The notes beneath the pieces are model-generated. The model saw only the letters and a list, made by a program, of their open reading frames with translations, was not told the DNA's origin and did no database searches. Positions 8,232 to 17,607 of a stretch of DNA of 64,000 nucleotides are shown one piece after another; position 1 is the stretch's first letter; each line of letters opens with the position of its first letter. Source of the DNA: Dehalococcoidia bacterium (GTDB taxonomy: Bacteria > Chloroflexota > Dehalococcoidia > Lucifugimonadales > UBA3495); contig OY764869.1 of assembly GCA_963668585.1 (NCBI GenBank), forward strand, positions 1,867,106 through 1,931,105, read 5' to 3'. A program made the position numbers and the translations under genes.

Positions 8232-9330
8232 ATGTCATCGCTCGAAACACGTCATGGGAGAATCCCGCCATGTGGTGTAAAGCGCATGGGATGGCAAGAA
8301 GATAGCCACCGCGTCATGTCTATCGCGGTGAACGTGCTTGATCCCGGGAGGGTTGACACAAGGATTAACCGGTGCGGGGACTGGCCGGTAACCTCCCAAA
8401 TACCAATCGTGCAACTCCGGGCGCTGGCGCTTCCAAGACTTTGACTGGCGGGCCAGACCGCCGAGACAATGACGGGCGCTTTGGTGTCGAGGGCTGAATT
8501 CTGGGTGTCCCGGGGTCCAACGCTGGACCGGAACGCATAGGCAGGCCATCCCGCGCTACACATGAACACCGCGCCGGAGGCGCTGTAGGCCACCGTCTGC
8601 AATCGCAAACGGTGGCCCACGATTTTGACTGCGCAACCCGGCCGCGAATAGCAGCAGCCGAAGGCTCGACGGGGCTCGTTGGTCCCATGCGCTGCCGGAC
8701 ACCATTGACCGCAGCGGCGGGCGGGCCGTTGATTGGTTGCCGCTGCGCTGTCCTCTGGACCTGACTGGATGTGGATTGCTGGCGCATTGGGATGTGTCCG
8801 ATTTTTGTCCAATAACGCCCGTCGCTCCCGGACTGCGGACGTGAATCGTGCAGGCACCGTGCGCGCGCACATCACCCGTTACAAAATCCCCACCGGACTG
8901 GACGCCATGACACCACGATGTGCCACCAGGTTGTTGAATCCGAGTCAAAATCAAAAAACTGTACTGGAAATGTGCGTTATGTGGGTTGTCACAGACTCAG
9001 GACTTTGCAGGCGTTAAGTTGATGATGGGCCGAGTTGCGGTTGGGGAGCAGCGACCGACGCCTCAAGGAGCGTTGTCCGGCAACGCCATCGTTTTACCGG
9101 TGGGTCGCGATCCTCACAGTCGCGGTCGGTCAACCGTGCGATGCGACGCAAAGCGAGCGGAATGGAGGTTCCTGCCGATCCGATAATCGATTCTCAATAG
9201 GTGTGGACTTGCCGCCATCAACGCGGCGGACCTCATGCCTCAGGCGGCGCGCTCCATCCATCGCTGCTAATCCGGGAGCCATCGCTCCGGCACGACAACG
9301 TACCGAAGTATCAGAAAACGGAGCATTTCC

Positions 9331-12300
9331 ATGTGGCACATAGCTTCACATAGACGAAATCGCCGCCCAATCGCGATTGCGCTTGCGTCCATCGCCGCGG
9401 CTGGAATAGCGCTGGCAGCGACTCTGGCGGTCGGTTCCCTGCAACCCGGAGCGCGGGCATCCGGTGATCTTCCCGACTCGACAATACTGGTCGGCACCGG
9501 ACAAGGGGAAGGACAATCCGTATCCAAGATAACCCTGGTCAGCAACCTCGGCCGGATCTCGCATCCTGAGCATTGGGAACGGGTTGGGCCCGGAGAGGGC
9601 GTGGTGTACGCCCAGGCCCAGGGGTTCACGACCGGCAACAACGATGATGGTTACACCATTTCAAAGATCGTTGCTTACGTGAAAGGCGTCGGTTCGGGCG
9701 ACACGCCCCAGGTCAGCATCTATGCATCTGATTCGGACGGCAACCCCGATAACATCCTGTACACCCTGACCAATCCGGCATCGTTTTCGAACGACGCGCA
9801 AAACACGTTCTCGGCTCCGCCCAATGCCCGGTTGGCTTCTGAAACGGACTATTTCGTGGTATTCGAGAACGACGTTGTCGTAACGAGTACGGAGCATTAC
9901 CGGGTGGGGTTTGTCGAAGGTAGCGGACACGATGCCAACGCGGCGGCAGGCTGGACTCTCGACACCGAACAGGAATACCCCATCCTGGTTTCGATACGCG
10001 GTTCCATAGACACGGGATACGAACTCACCAGGAGTCCCAATTCGACGAATTCCAACAGCGCCAGGAATGAGCAGGCCACAAACTACATCGAGAACAATGT
10101 GGTCGACAAGTATGGGGATGACCATGCCTGGGTCCGCACTGCGTGGAGCGATCATCCTCTTCCAGTGAGAGTGGGCAATTACAACAACCCAGGGTTCTAC
10201 GTGTATTCCATCGGCGGGGCGCAGGGTTTCAGTGGCGTGGCTCGCGGCTTGCGTTGGGGATTCACTACGTCGGGGTACAAGTCGAAGGTGGTCGTTTTGC
10301 ATGAACTGGCCCACCATTTCGTGCTGGACCATCGCGTGCCGGACGTGCCGGGAGCAGTTGGTGTCGGTTGGCTCTATTTCAACCACCGAGTCAAAGGGGA
10401 TTGCCCAGTCGGAGAAATCTATGCCGACTTATTGGGCTACCAAACGCACCGCGTGGCAACTGATCGGGTCGGGTACCTTTGGAACTGCCGCGAGATAGCT
10501 AACAGCAATGGCAAGCCCGACTCAGAGAGCATCAGAGTGGCCCGCAGTGTCGCGAAAGGCGAGATTGCAGACTGGTTTTACGAACACTACGACGGTGGCG
10601 ACGGAACGGTGGATATGGACGCGGTCTGGGCTGACCTGAAGGTGGCGAACAACAAACGCATCGCCACCTACGCGATGCGCGACATGTTCGGAGGATTCTG
10701 TTCACCGCGAGAAGCGAACTGGGCGCTGGGGTCCGCCGGGCCGTCCCATGGGAACCCGTGGCGGGATGGCGGATGCCACTGGCGAAAACCTCAAGACATG
10801 GCGATCGTCACCCATAACGGGTCGCTGGCGGTCACGTGGGACCCTCATCTGTATGAGACAGGGCCGAATGTCAGCCACTATGCCGTACAGTGGCGCACAG
10901 CCGATCAAGACTTTGACGCGACGCGGCGGGCGCTGGTGTCGGAAACTGCCGACCTGTCACACACCATTGATGGCCTCACCGACGGGGTGGAACACTTCGT
11001 GCGCGTAGCCGCTGTCCACAGCAATTCGCCAACGGTTATCCAGGACAATGACGGGCACAACCGATGGGTCGCGTTCTCCGCGGTTCCGGGGAAGCCGGCC
11101 GCTCCGGTTTCCCTGAGCGTAACGCCTGGAGATCACGAGATCCGTTTGACGTGGGACGAACCGGTGCATAGCGAAATCGAGCTAAGCGGTTATCAAGTTG
11201 ACTGGAAGACAGGGAGCCAGGATTTTGACGAATCACGGCGCCTTGACCTGGCTCCGGCTGCGACTGAGTCAGCAGTAATCCCGGGATTGCAAAACGGTGT
11301 CTTCTACACTGTCCGCGTCTCGGCCGTGTCACATGATGGGACGATAGGCAAACCGTCCTGGAAGACGGTTGCGCCCGCCGGCCCGCCGGAATCGCCCACC
11401 GACATATCGGCGGTGGGCGGCAAGAACTCGCTGCTGGTGTACTGGCAGCGCCCTGCCTCGGGCACAATACATGACGGTTACGTAGTGCAATGGCGCACCC
11501 GAGGCACCTATGAACCCGGCAACGAGGTCAACGTCTGGAGACCGTGGGACACGCAGGAACTGGTCAGGAACATGGCTGGACACGGACGGTATTACGTTCG
11601 GGTGTTGGCACGCAACTTCCTGGGCCGCAGCGAGCCGTCGGGGGAAGTCTTCGTGATGTCCGGCGCGCCCGGGGGTCTTACAGACGTTTCCGCCGAGGTA
11701 CGTCCGGGCGGAGGGTTCAACATAACCTGGGGCCGACCAGACCCTTACTATCCCAACAATCCCGATTTTCGTCCGGTGCGCAACTTCGGCAACAAGCGGC
11801 CCATCCGTGACGCTGACGGCAACACGGTCCCGCAGTACCGATACGACATTGAGTACAAACTCGCCGACGGTGAGCCAGGTGGTTGGTGCCCGCAGAGCAG
11901 TTACCGCGACGTGGGCGTGGGCAATGACACCCTCAACAGCGACGCGTTGACTTTGAACCTGACCAGCTTCTGCGACGACGCGGAGCCGGTCATCGGCGAA
12001 CGTTACAACACCCGCATACGGGCGGCGTACGTGTGGCACCAATCCGGCGACACCAACCCGCGCAATGGGCCGTGGGTGTACAGCGGGCCGGTGGTGTATG
12101 ACCTGGCCGGCGGGCCACCGGGTACGCCGGCGGGCATCGAGGCTGTGGGAGGGAAGGCGTCCCTGCTGGTCTCCTGGGACCCGCCGTCGAGCGGCGGCAC
12201 CGTGGGCGGCTACATCATCCAATGGCGTACCCGAGGCACGTACGAGGACGATGACCAAGTCATCGTTGATGACCCGTCGGCGCGTTCGCATCTGCTGACC

Positions 12301-12858
12301 GGCATGGCGGGCCATGGGCGATACTACGTGCGGATTAAAGCTTTCAACCTGCTGGGCGAGAGCACAACCACAGGAGACTATTTCGTGATGTCCGGCGCGC
12401 CCAGGGCTCCGGCCACGGTTTCCGCAGAGGTTCGGGCGGCCGGCGGGTTCACCGTCGCGTGGGACAGGCCGGATCCGTATTATCCCAACAATCCCGATTT
12501 CCGCCCGGTGCGAAACTTCGGCAACAAGCGGCCCATCCGGGACGCTGACGGCAACACGGTCCCGCAGTATCGATATGACATTGAGTACAAACTCGCCGAC
12601 GGTGAGTCCGATGGTTGGTGCTCTCAGAGCAGGTACCGCGACGTCGGCTTGGGCAACAACACCCTGAGCAGCGATGTGCTGACAGTGAACCTCACCAGGT
12701 ACTGCAACGGCGCGGCGCCGGTTGAGGGTGAGCGGTACAACTTCAGGGTCAGGGCGGCGTACGTGTGGCACCAATCCGGCGACACCAACCCGCGCAATGG
12801 GCCGTGGGCTTACAGCGGGCCGGTGGTGTACGACCCCACTGTGTACAACCAGAACTGA
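9331..12858 (+). CDS. Large secreted/surface protein: Arg-rich signal, HExxH metalloprotease-like region, two FN3 domains, then two copies of an FN3 + Cys-containing module
   Basis: N-terminus HRRNRRPIAIALASIAAAGIALAA. HELAH at 10300-10314. FN3-like W..P......Y.V.W segments. A 244-aa tandem duplication at the C-terminus. GGAG RBS before ATG 9331. Confidence 0.85.
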   Translation: MWHIASHRRNRRPIAIALASIAAAGIALAATLAVGSLQPGARASGDLPDSTILVGTGQGEGQSVSKITLVSNLGRISHPEHWERVGPGEGVVYAQAQGFTTGNNDDGYTISKIVAYVKGVGSGDTPQVSIYASDSDGNPDNILYTLTNPASFSNDAQNTFSAPPNARLASETDYFVVFENDVVVTSTEHYRVGFVEGSGHDANAAAGWTLDTEQEYPILVSIRGSIDTGYELTRSPNSTNSNSARNEQATNYIENNVVDKYGDDHAWVRTAWSDHPLPVRVGNYNNPGFYVYSIGGAQGFSGVARGLRWGFTTSGYKSKVVVLHELAHHFVLDHRVPDVPGAVGVGWLYFNHRVKGDCPVGEIYADLLGYQTHRVATDRVGYLWNCREIANSNGKPDSESIRVARSVAKGEIADWFYEHYDGGDGTVDMDAVWADLKVANNKRIATYAMRDMFGGFCSPREANWALGSAGPSHGNPWRDGGCHWRKPQDMAIVTHNGSLAVTWDPHLYETGPNVSHYAVQWRTADQDFDATRRALVSETADLSHTIDGLTDGVEHFVRVAAVHSNSPTVIQDNDGHNRWVAFSAVPGKPAAPVSLSVTPGDHEIRLTWDEPVHSEIELSGYQVDWKTGSQDFDESRRLDLAPAATESAVIPGLQNGVFYTVRVSAVSHDGTIGKPSWKTVAPAGPPESPTDISAVGGKNSLLVYWQRPASGTIHDGYVVQWRTRGTYEPGNEVNVWRPWDTQELVRNMAGHGRYYVRVLARNFLGRSEPSGEVFVMSGAPGGLTDVSAEVRPGGGFNITWGRPDPYYPNNPDFRPVRNFGNKRPIRDADGNTVPQYRYDIEYKLADGEPGGWCPQSSYRDVGVGNDTLNSDALTLNLTSFCDDAEPVIGERYNTRIRAAYVWHQSGDTNPRNGPWVYSGPVVYDLAGGPPGTPAGIEAVGGKASLLVSWDPPSSGGTVGGYIIQWRTRGTYEDDDQVIVDDPSARSHLLTGMAGHGRYYVRIKAFNLLGESTTTGDYFVMSGAPRAPATVSAEVRAAGGFTVAWDRPDPYYPNNPDFRPVRNFGNKRPIRDADGNTVPQYRYDIEYKLADGESDGWCSQSRYRDVGLGNNTLSSDVLTVNLTRYCNGAAPVEGERYNFRVRAAYVWHQSGDTNPRNGPWAYSGPVVYDPTVYNQN
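11380..12833 (+). repeat. Tandem in-gene duplication, 2 x 732 nt (units 11380-12102 and 12112-12833)
   Basis: The units align residue for residue. Near-identical nucleotide blocks occur at 11743-11875 vs 12475-12607 and at the unit ends (RAAYVWHQSGDTNPRNGPW). Confidence 0.9.
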
Positions 12859-12867
12859 CACTGATCC

Positions 12868-12900
12868 GGGCCCCGCCGCGTTTCCGCGCCGGCGGGGCCC
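12868..12900. terminator. GC-rich hairpin between convergent genes (terminator-like, no U-tract)
   Basis: Perfect 11-bp stem GGGCCCCGCCG (12868-12878) / CGGCGGGGCCC (12890-12900), starting 10 nt after the TGA stop at 12856-12858. Confidence 0.5.
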
Positions 12901-13105
12901 GAGGTTAAGAGGTTAATGGGACGCCGGCGTCCACTGAACCAGGAGTCTGCGCGACAACGTTGGGCTTTGGGTTGCTCTGCAAGCTTCAAGGCACACGTGG
13001 GGCGACGTTGGCACCTCCAATGGGCGGCGGGCGGTTTTTGGTCGCCGCCGTGGACTTTCTCTACGACCACATCATCGAATCTGTGGAATGCGCGGCCGCT
13101 TTGGG

Positions 13106-14965
13106 TCAGTTCAAGCGGGTGATACGGTTCTGGGGGCCGGGGGCGACCGCTTCGGCATTGGCGAAGTAGGCGGTCAGAGCATCCAGGTCAAGCGCGCCGC
13201 CGAGCCTGTCCGTACCATCGGCCAGTACGCTGTAGCGATCGCCGCCATCGGCCATGAAACTGTTGACGGTCACGCGGTAGCCGGCGTCAGGATCCACGAC
13301 CTGGCCTTCGATGGTGATACTCACCGGATCCACCTTTGAGCCGGTTGGTTGGGCGGCGTCCCAGGTGTAGCTGAACCCCGTGGAAACCTGGACGATCCTG
13401 CTGTAGCCCGGTTCCGGATTGTCGAACTGGCTCTCGAGCAGGATGTGGATCTGGGCGCCGGTCAGCGACATGGTGACCAGACTGTTGCCGAAGGGATGGA
13501 CGGCGAAGCCTTCGCCGAAGGTGAATTCACCATCAGTCTCGCTGCCGGTAGCGGCGAATACTATGTCATCGCGGATGCCGCCGGAATTCATGAACGCGAC
13601 CACGGCGTTGCCCGTATCGGCGTCCCGGGTCGCCGCAAGCTGAGCGTCCGCAATGACGTCGCCCAGCGCCGACTCGCCGGCCGCGTTCGTGTCCCTGCTG
13701 ATGTCTGCGGTGGTCACGCCGATGACTGCGTTTGCCAACGGCCCCGACAGCACGGCGTACCTGTCGATGAGCGCGGTCAGCGCGGGATCGGGGGTGACGC
13801 CAGCCTGGGAGTTTGGGACGTTGTTGATCGCTGTGACCGTCAGGTCTTTGGTGGTCTGGTCCAGCGCCACGTCAATGACGGTGAACAGGCGGCCGCCGTT
13901 GTCGGCCATGGTCACCCACTTGCCGTCGATCTCGCAGGTGAACTGATCGTTGGTATGACCAGCAATCACCAGGTCCACCGCGTCGTCGAGTTGGGCGGTG
14001 ATGTCCGCAATCGGGCCGGTGAGTCCCGATCCACAATCGTTTTGCCCGCCGTCGGAGAACCCGCCTTCGTGAAGCAGGACGGCGATGGCTTCGATACCCT
14101 CTTCACGCAGGCGTAGCGCCAGGGAGTTGACTGTTTCGGCCTCGTCCTGAAACGTCAGGCCCTCCACCCCGCTGCGGGCGACAATGCTGGGCGTCCCTTC
14201 CAGGGTCAATCCGATGAACGCCACCTTCACGCCCTGGTAATCCTGGATGGCATAGGGCGGGAAGATCGTTTTCCCGGTCGCGTCATCGATGACGTTGGCG
14301 GCGAGGAACTGGAAGTCGGCGCCCGCAAAGGGATCACCGTCGAGGTCGCCGTCGACCGGGTGCGGCCCGCCGTTCTGCATTCGCAGCAGTTCTGCCATTC
14401 CCTCATCGAACTCATGGTTGCCCACGCCGTTGAAGTCCAGGCCCATCAGGTTCATGGCTTCAATGGTGGGTTCGTCGTGGAAAAGCGCCGAGATCAGTGG
14501 TGACGCCCTGATGAGGTCCCCGGCCGACACGAACACGGAGTTCTTCGCTCCATCAGCGGCGGCGGCGAGATTGGCTGCCAGGTAGTCCGCGCGGCCAACC
14601 CCGCCAAAAGAGCCGGACGAAGTCGCTATGTTGCCGTGGAAATCATTGATCGCCAGGATCCGGAGCCGCACCTCCTGGGCCTCGCCCACAGGCTGGTCGC
14701 TGGATTGAGGAAGCGAGGGGACGATTCGGGTCACCGGTAATTCCCTGGTTATTTCAACCTGGCGTGTGACCTCAATCTCGACCATTCCCTCCCTGCTTCT
14801 CTCGACCAACCGCGTCACCGGCACTTCTCGGGTCACTTCAACCTCTGTGGGCGATGGTGGACTGGTGCAACCGATGATGGACAGCGCTGCCAGGGCACAG
14901 ATCATTGCGATCAAAGGTCTCAACTTCCCGTCCTCCCACGTCCGGCGAGACAGATAACTTCGCAA
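13106..14965 (-). CDS. Bifunctional metallophosphatase/5'-nucleotidase (UshA-like) lipoprotein
   Basis: Lipobox LSIIGC, and metallophosphoesterase motifs INDFHGN and GNHEFD. 619 aa. Confidence 0.9.
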   Translation of the reverse strand: MRSYLSRRTWEDGKLRPLIAMICALAALSIIGCTSPPSPTEVEVTREVPVTRLVERSREGMVEIEVTRQVEITRELPVTRIVPSLPQSSDQPVGEAQEVRLRILAINDFHGNIATSSGSFGGVGRADYLAANLAAAADGAKNSVFVSAGDLIRASPLISALFHDEPTIEAMNLMGLDFNGVGNHEFDEGMAELLRMQNGGPHPVDGDLDGDPFAGADFQFLAANVIDDATGKTIFPPYAIQDYQGVKVAFIGLTLEGTPSIVARSGVEGLTFQDEAETVNSLALRLREEGIEAIAVLLHEGGFSDGGQNDCGSGLTGPIADITAQLDDAVDLVIAGHTNDQFTCEIDGKWVTMADNGGRLFTVIDVALDQTTKDLTVTAINNVPNSQAGVTPDPALTALIDRYAVLSGPLANAVIGVTTADISRDTNAAGESALGDVIADAQLAATRDADTGNAVVAFMNSGGIRDDIVFAATGSETDGEFTFGEGFAVHPFGNSLVTMSLTGAQIHILLESQFDNPEPGYSRIVQVSTGFSYTWDAAQPTGSKVDPVSITIEGQVVDPDAGYRVTVNSFMADGGDRYSVLADGTDRLGGALDLDALTAYFANAEAVAPGPQNRITRLN

Positions 14966-15390
14966 TCAACGATACAATGAAACATACTGGGGCGCCACGG
15001 CGCGCGATTGACAGACCGTGGTGGGAGCGGGGATGTTCCCGCGGGTACTGCTGCGCCCACCCTGCCGTCTCGCCGCAGGTGTAGCGGCCGACCGGCCGTG
15101 CTGCCGCCGTGCTTCCAGCGATTTGGGCGCTCGTGGGTGGGAGAGCCGTGCTGCACACTGCGGGGCAAGACGGACGAGCAGGCTGCGCCCTTCCGGCGTA
15201 TCACGGGCCTGACCCGGGAAAACGGCAACGTTATGGCAGTTCCAGCATCCGCGGGAACCATAGAAACCCAGTTGGTCTGGCAACCTGGGACTTGCCCATG
15301 CACTGGGATCCGTTTTTGGGAGGGCCAGCGCCGTCAGAGCGAACCTTGATCATGGCGCTGGACAGCGCCACCGCTCAGAGTCAGTAATCG

Positions 15391-15420
15391 CCATGCGGAG
15401 ATGTCATCATCTCCGCATGG
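15391..15420. terminator. Perfect 13-bp hairpin downstream of the NMT1-like gene
   Basis: CCATGCGGAGATG / loop TCAT / CATCTCCGCATGG, 17 nt beyond the stop at 15437. No U-tract. Confidence 0.5.
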
Positions 15421-15436
15421 GTAGTGTGAACAGGCG

Positions 15437-16357
15437 CTAATCGTCTGCTGCCGCCGGTTCCGCGAGGCGGTTGTCGATCAGGTCCACGCTGCACGCCGCG
15501 CCGTCGAGCAACCCCCAGCGTACCATCCAGTGGTAGGTGTCCTCAACGATCTCGTCGGTGTAAGGCGTGTTGTACGAGTATCGGATACGGGACAGGTGAA
15601 AGTCCTCGGGGGTGATCCCGCCGTATTGGGCAGCCACCGCCGCGAATCGTGGCTCGTCGATGAGGTAGTGGAGATACTTCCGTTTGTCGGCGTTGATCCG
15701 GTTCACGGCGCTGACGATCGCCCGGTTGATGGCGGCGAACGTTTCCTCATCCATGTTGTCGCTGGCGTTCTCGGCGCCCAGGTAATGGCCCTCGCACACC
15801 GGGCGGCAGCCCAGCTTTTCGGCCAGGGTAATCCAGGGTTCCATGAGGGCGGCGGCTTCCACATCGCCTTTCATCATGGCCTCAAAACGGAACTGGGGAG
15901 AGCCGTGATGAACCAACTTGATCTTTTCCTCGGGCAGATAGCCCGACAAAAGCCGCAGCGCGACGTAGTGAGAACCGGCATGGAACTGGACGGCCACGGG
16001 TTTGTTCCCCAGCGTGCCGGGGTAGTAATGCGGAGAGTCTGGGCGAACCAGGATGGCCTGGCTGGCTACGGCGGATCGGAGGGCGATGATGCGGGCGCCC
16101 TGTTTGCTTTCATAGGCCCGACGGACCTGCCCTTCTTCTCAAGCCCGGTAGATTGCTACCTGGGCCTCCTCAAAAGCCACGTGGCCCAGGATGGGGTTCA
16201 CGTCGTCGGGGTTTTCGGTTGGGTTGACCCTGCCGCTGTTGAGCGCAGTGACGAATTCCATGTCAATGCCTTCGGCTTCAAACAATCCCTCGTCCTTGGC
16301 CACCAGCCACGGCAGGCTAAAAACCACGCCGCTGATCTCGCTGACTACTTTCTTCAT
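15437..16357 (-). CDS. NMT1/THI5-like (NitT/TauT-type) binding-fold protein interrupted by one in-frame TGA (16141-16139): candidate selenoprotein or recent pseudogene
   Basis: Track ORFs 16139..16459 and 15437..15997 share a frame, and the 141 nt between them have no stop. GAGGAG RBS before ATG 16357. The read-through length of 306 aa is normal for this fold. There is no signal peptide. Confidence 0.6.
16114..16128 (-). promoter_or_regulatory. SECIS-like hairpin candidate downstream of UGA 16141-16139
   Basis: mRNA AGGUCC-GUC-GGGCCU (6 bp including one G.U, apical GUC), starting 10 nt after the UGA. Confidence 0.3.
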
Positions 16358-16711
16358 CTCAGCTGTCTCCTCAAGTTTTGGCATCTGTGCCGCGCAGTTT
16401 AGCAAAGCCCCCGTGTGCCGTCCATGCCGGCATTTCGGTGGGTCGGCCGCAGGGCGCACGGTATTGCCGTGAGACAGTCGCTCAACTCCGAACAGTCGCC
16501 ATCGCTGGGGGAATTAGCACCCATCTGCAAGGTTGTAGTAAAGTACGCACGGGTTGGTCGTTCTTCGCATCTTCAGATTGGCCGCGATACGCGGGCCGGT
16601 ACCCCAGCGCACCGATGCCGGGAAACGATTCCCCGAATGCACATACTTCGCCAGCAGGGCGTTGATGGTTCATCGATGTCAGACAATCTGAACCTGGACA
16701 AGGAATCCGAC

Positions 16712-17554
16712 ATGAACACAAACAACAAACCGGTCGCCGTGGTAATCGGGGCGACATCCAAATGGCAGTCCGATGGTCGCAACACGCACCTTGTCCACGG
16801 CGGGGAGATCGATGACAGCGACCTTCCCGTGGGCGTGCGTTGGGGCGTCGGCGGAGCGATCGCCCAAAAATTCGCGCAGGAAGGCTTCTACACGGTGTTG
16901 ACCACCCGGAGTGCAGCCAACGCGACTCCGCTGGACGCCGCCATCAAAGAGCAGGGCGGGGACAGCATGATCGTGGAGTTGGACCTCTCCATCGCTGAGT
17001 CCATAGCGGCCGCGTTCGCCCAGATCCGGGAAGAAGCCGGAGACCCGGACGTGCTGGTTTATAACGCGGGCTACCTGGAGGGACGCGACCTTCCTCCGGA
17101 GATGGAGTTGCTCGAGCACATGCCGTTCGAGATGTTTGAAACCGCGCAGCACATATCCAGCAGCGGCCCCTTCCTGGTCGCCAAGGAAGTCCTGCCGGCC
17201 ATGCGGGAGCGGGGCGAGGGTTCGATCCTGTTCTCCAACAACGCGGCGGGTCTGCGTGGCCGAAAGCGATACACCGGTCAGTCTCTGTATTACCCCAGGG
17301 TCATGATGCGGACGCTGGCGCAAGCGTTGACGGAGGAGTATTCCGAGCACGGTGTCCATGTGGCCAATGTGGTGATCGACGGCACCATCGACTCTCCCGG
17401 CACCCGAGCGATGCCGCGCGCCCAGCAAAATCCGGAGTTGTTGATCAATCCCGTCAAGATCGCAGAGGCGTTTTATTACCTGCACACGCAGGACAAGTCC
17501 TGCTGGACGCATGAACTCCAGTTGACCCCGTATCCCGTCAGGCCCAGCTTCTGA
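16712..17554 (+). CDS. SDR family oxidoreductase
   Basis: VAVVIGATSKWQ glycine-rich N-terminus and a short-chain dehydrogenase layout. AAGGAA RBS before ATG 16712. An alternative in-frame ATG lies at 16676; the track start at 16415 is unlikely. Confidence 0.8.
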   Translation: MNTNNKPVAVVIGATSKWQSDGRNTHLVHGGEIDDSDLPVGVRWGVGGAIAQKFAQEGFYTVLTTRSAANATPLDAAIKEQGGDSMIVELDLSIAESIAAAFAQIREEAGDPDVLVYNAGYLEGRDLPPEMELLEHMPFEMFETAQHISSSGPFLVAKEVLPAMRERGEGSILFSNNAAGLRGRKRYTGQSLYYPRVMMRTLAQALTEEYSEHGVHVANVVIDGTIDSPGTRAMPRAQQNPELLINPVKIAEAFYYLHTQDKSCWTHELQLTPYPVRPSF

Positions 17555-17607
17555 GTGGGCAGCCATTGGTTGGCAGGAAACCGCAAACGATTTGAAGGAG
17601 TGACCGG

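Noticed and set aside
8232-9330. RNase P RNA or another known large ncRNA in the ORF-free stretch (AGTCCGGGAGCGAC on the minus strand at about 8821-8840 recalls the RNase P GGAAAGTCCGGGCTCC core). I also considered calling ORF 8252..8875 (207 aa) a gene.
   Set aside because: The remaining universally conserved RNase P blocks (e.g. ACAGAACCCGGCTTA) are absent. The 207-aa ORF has aberrant Arg/Cys/Pro/Ser-rich composition and overlaps other equally implausible ORFs.
16358-16675. A TPP riboswitch upstream of the NMT1/THI5-like gene. I also checked upstream of the FmdB/thiE string (44256-44474) and of GYD/thiD (63241-63330).
   Set aside because: No CUGAGA...ACCUGAUCUGGAUAAUGCCAGCG-type core is present on either strand. 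GUGAGACAG at about 16450 is only a superficial resemblance.
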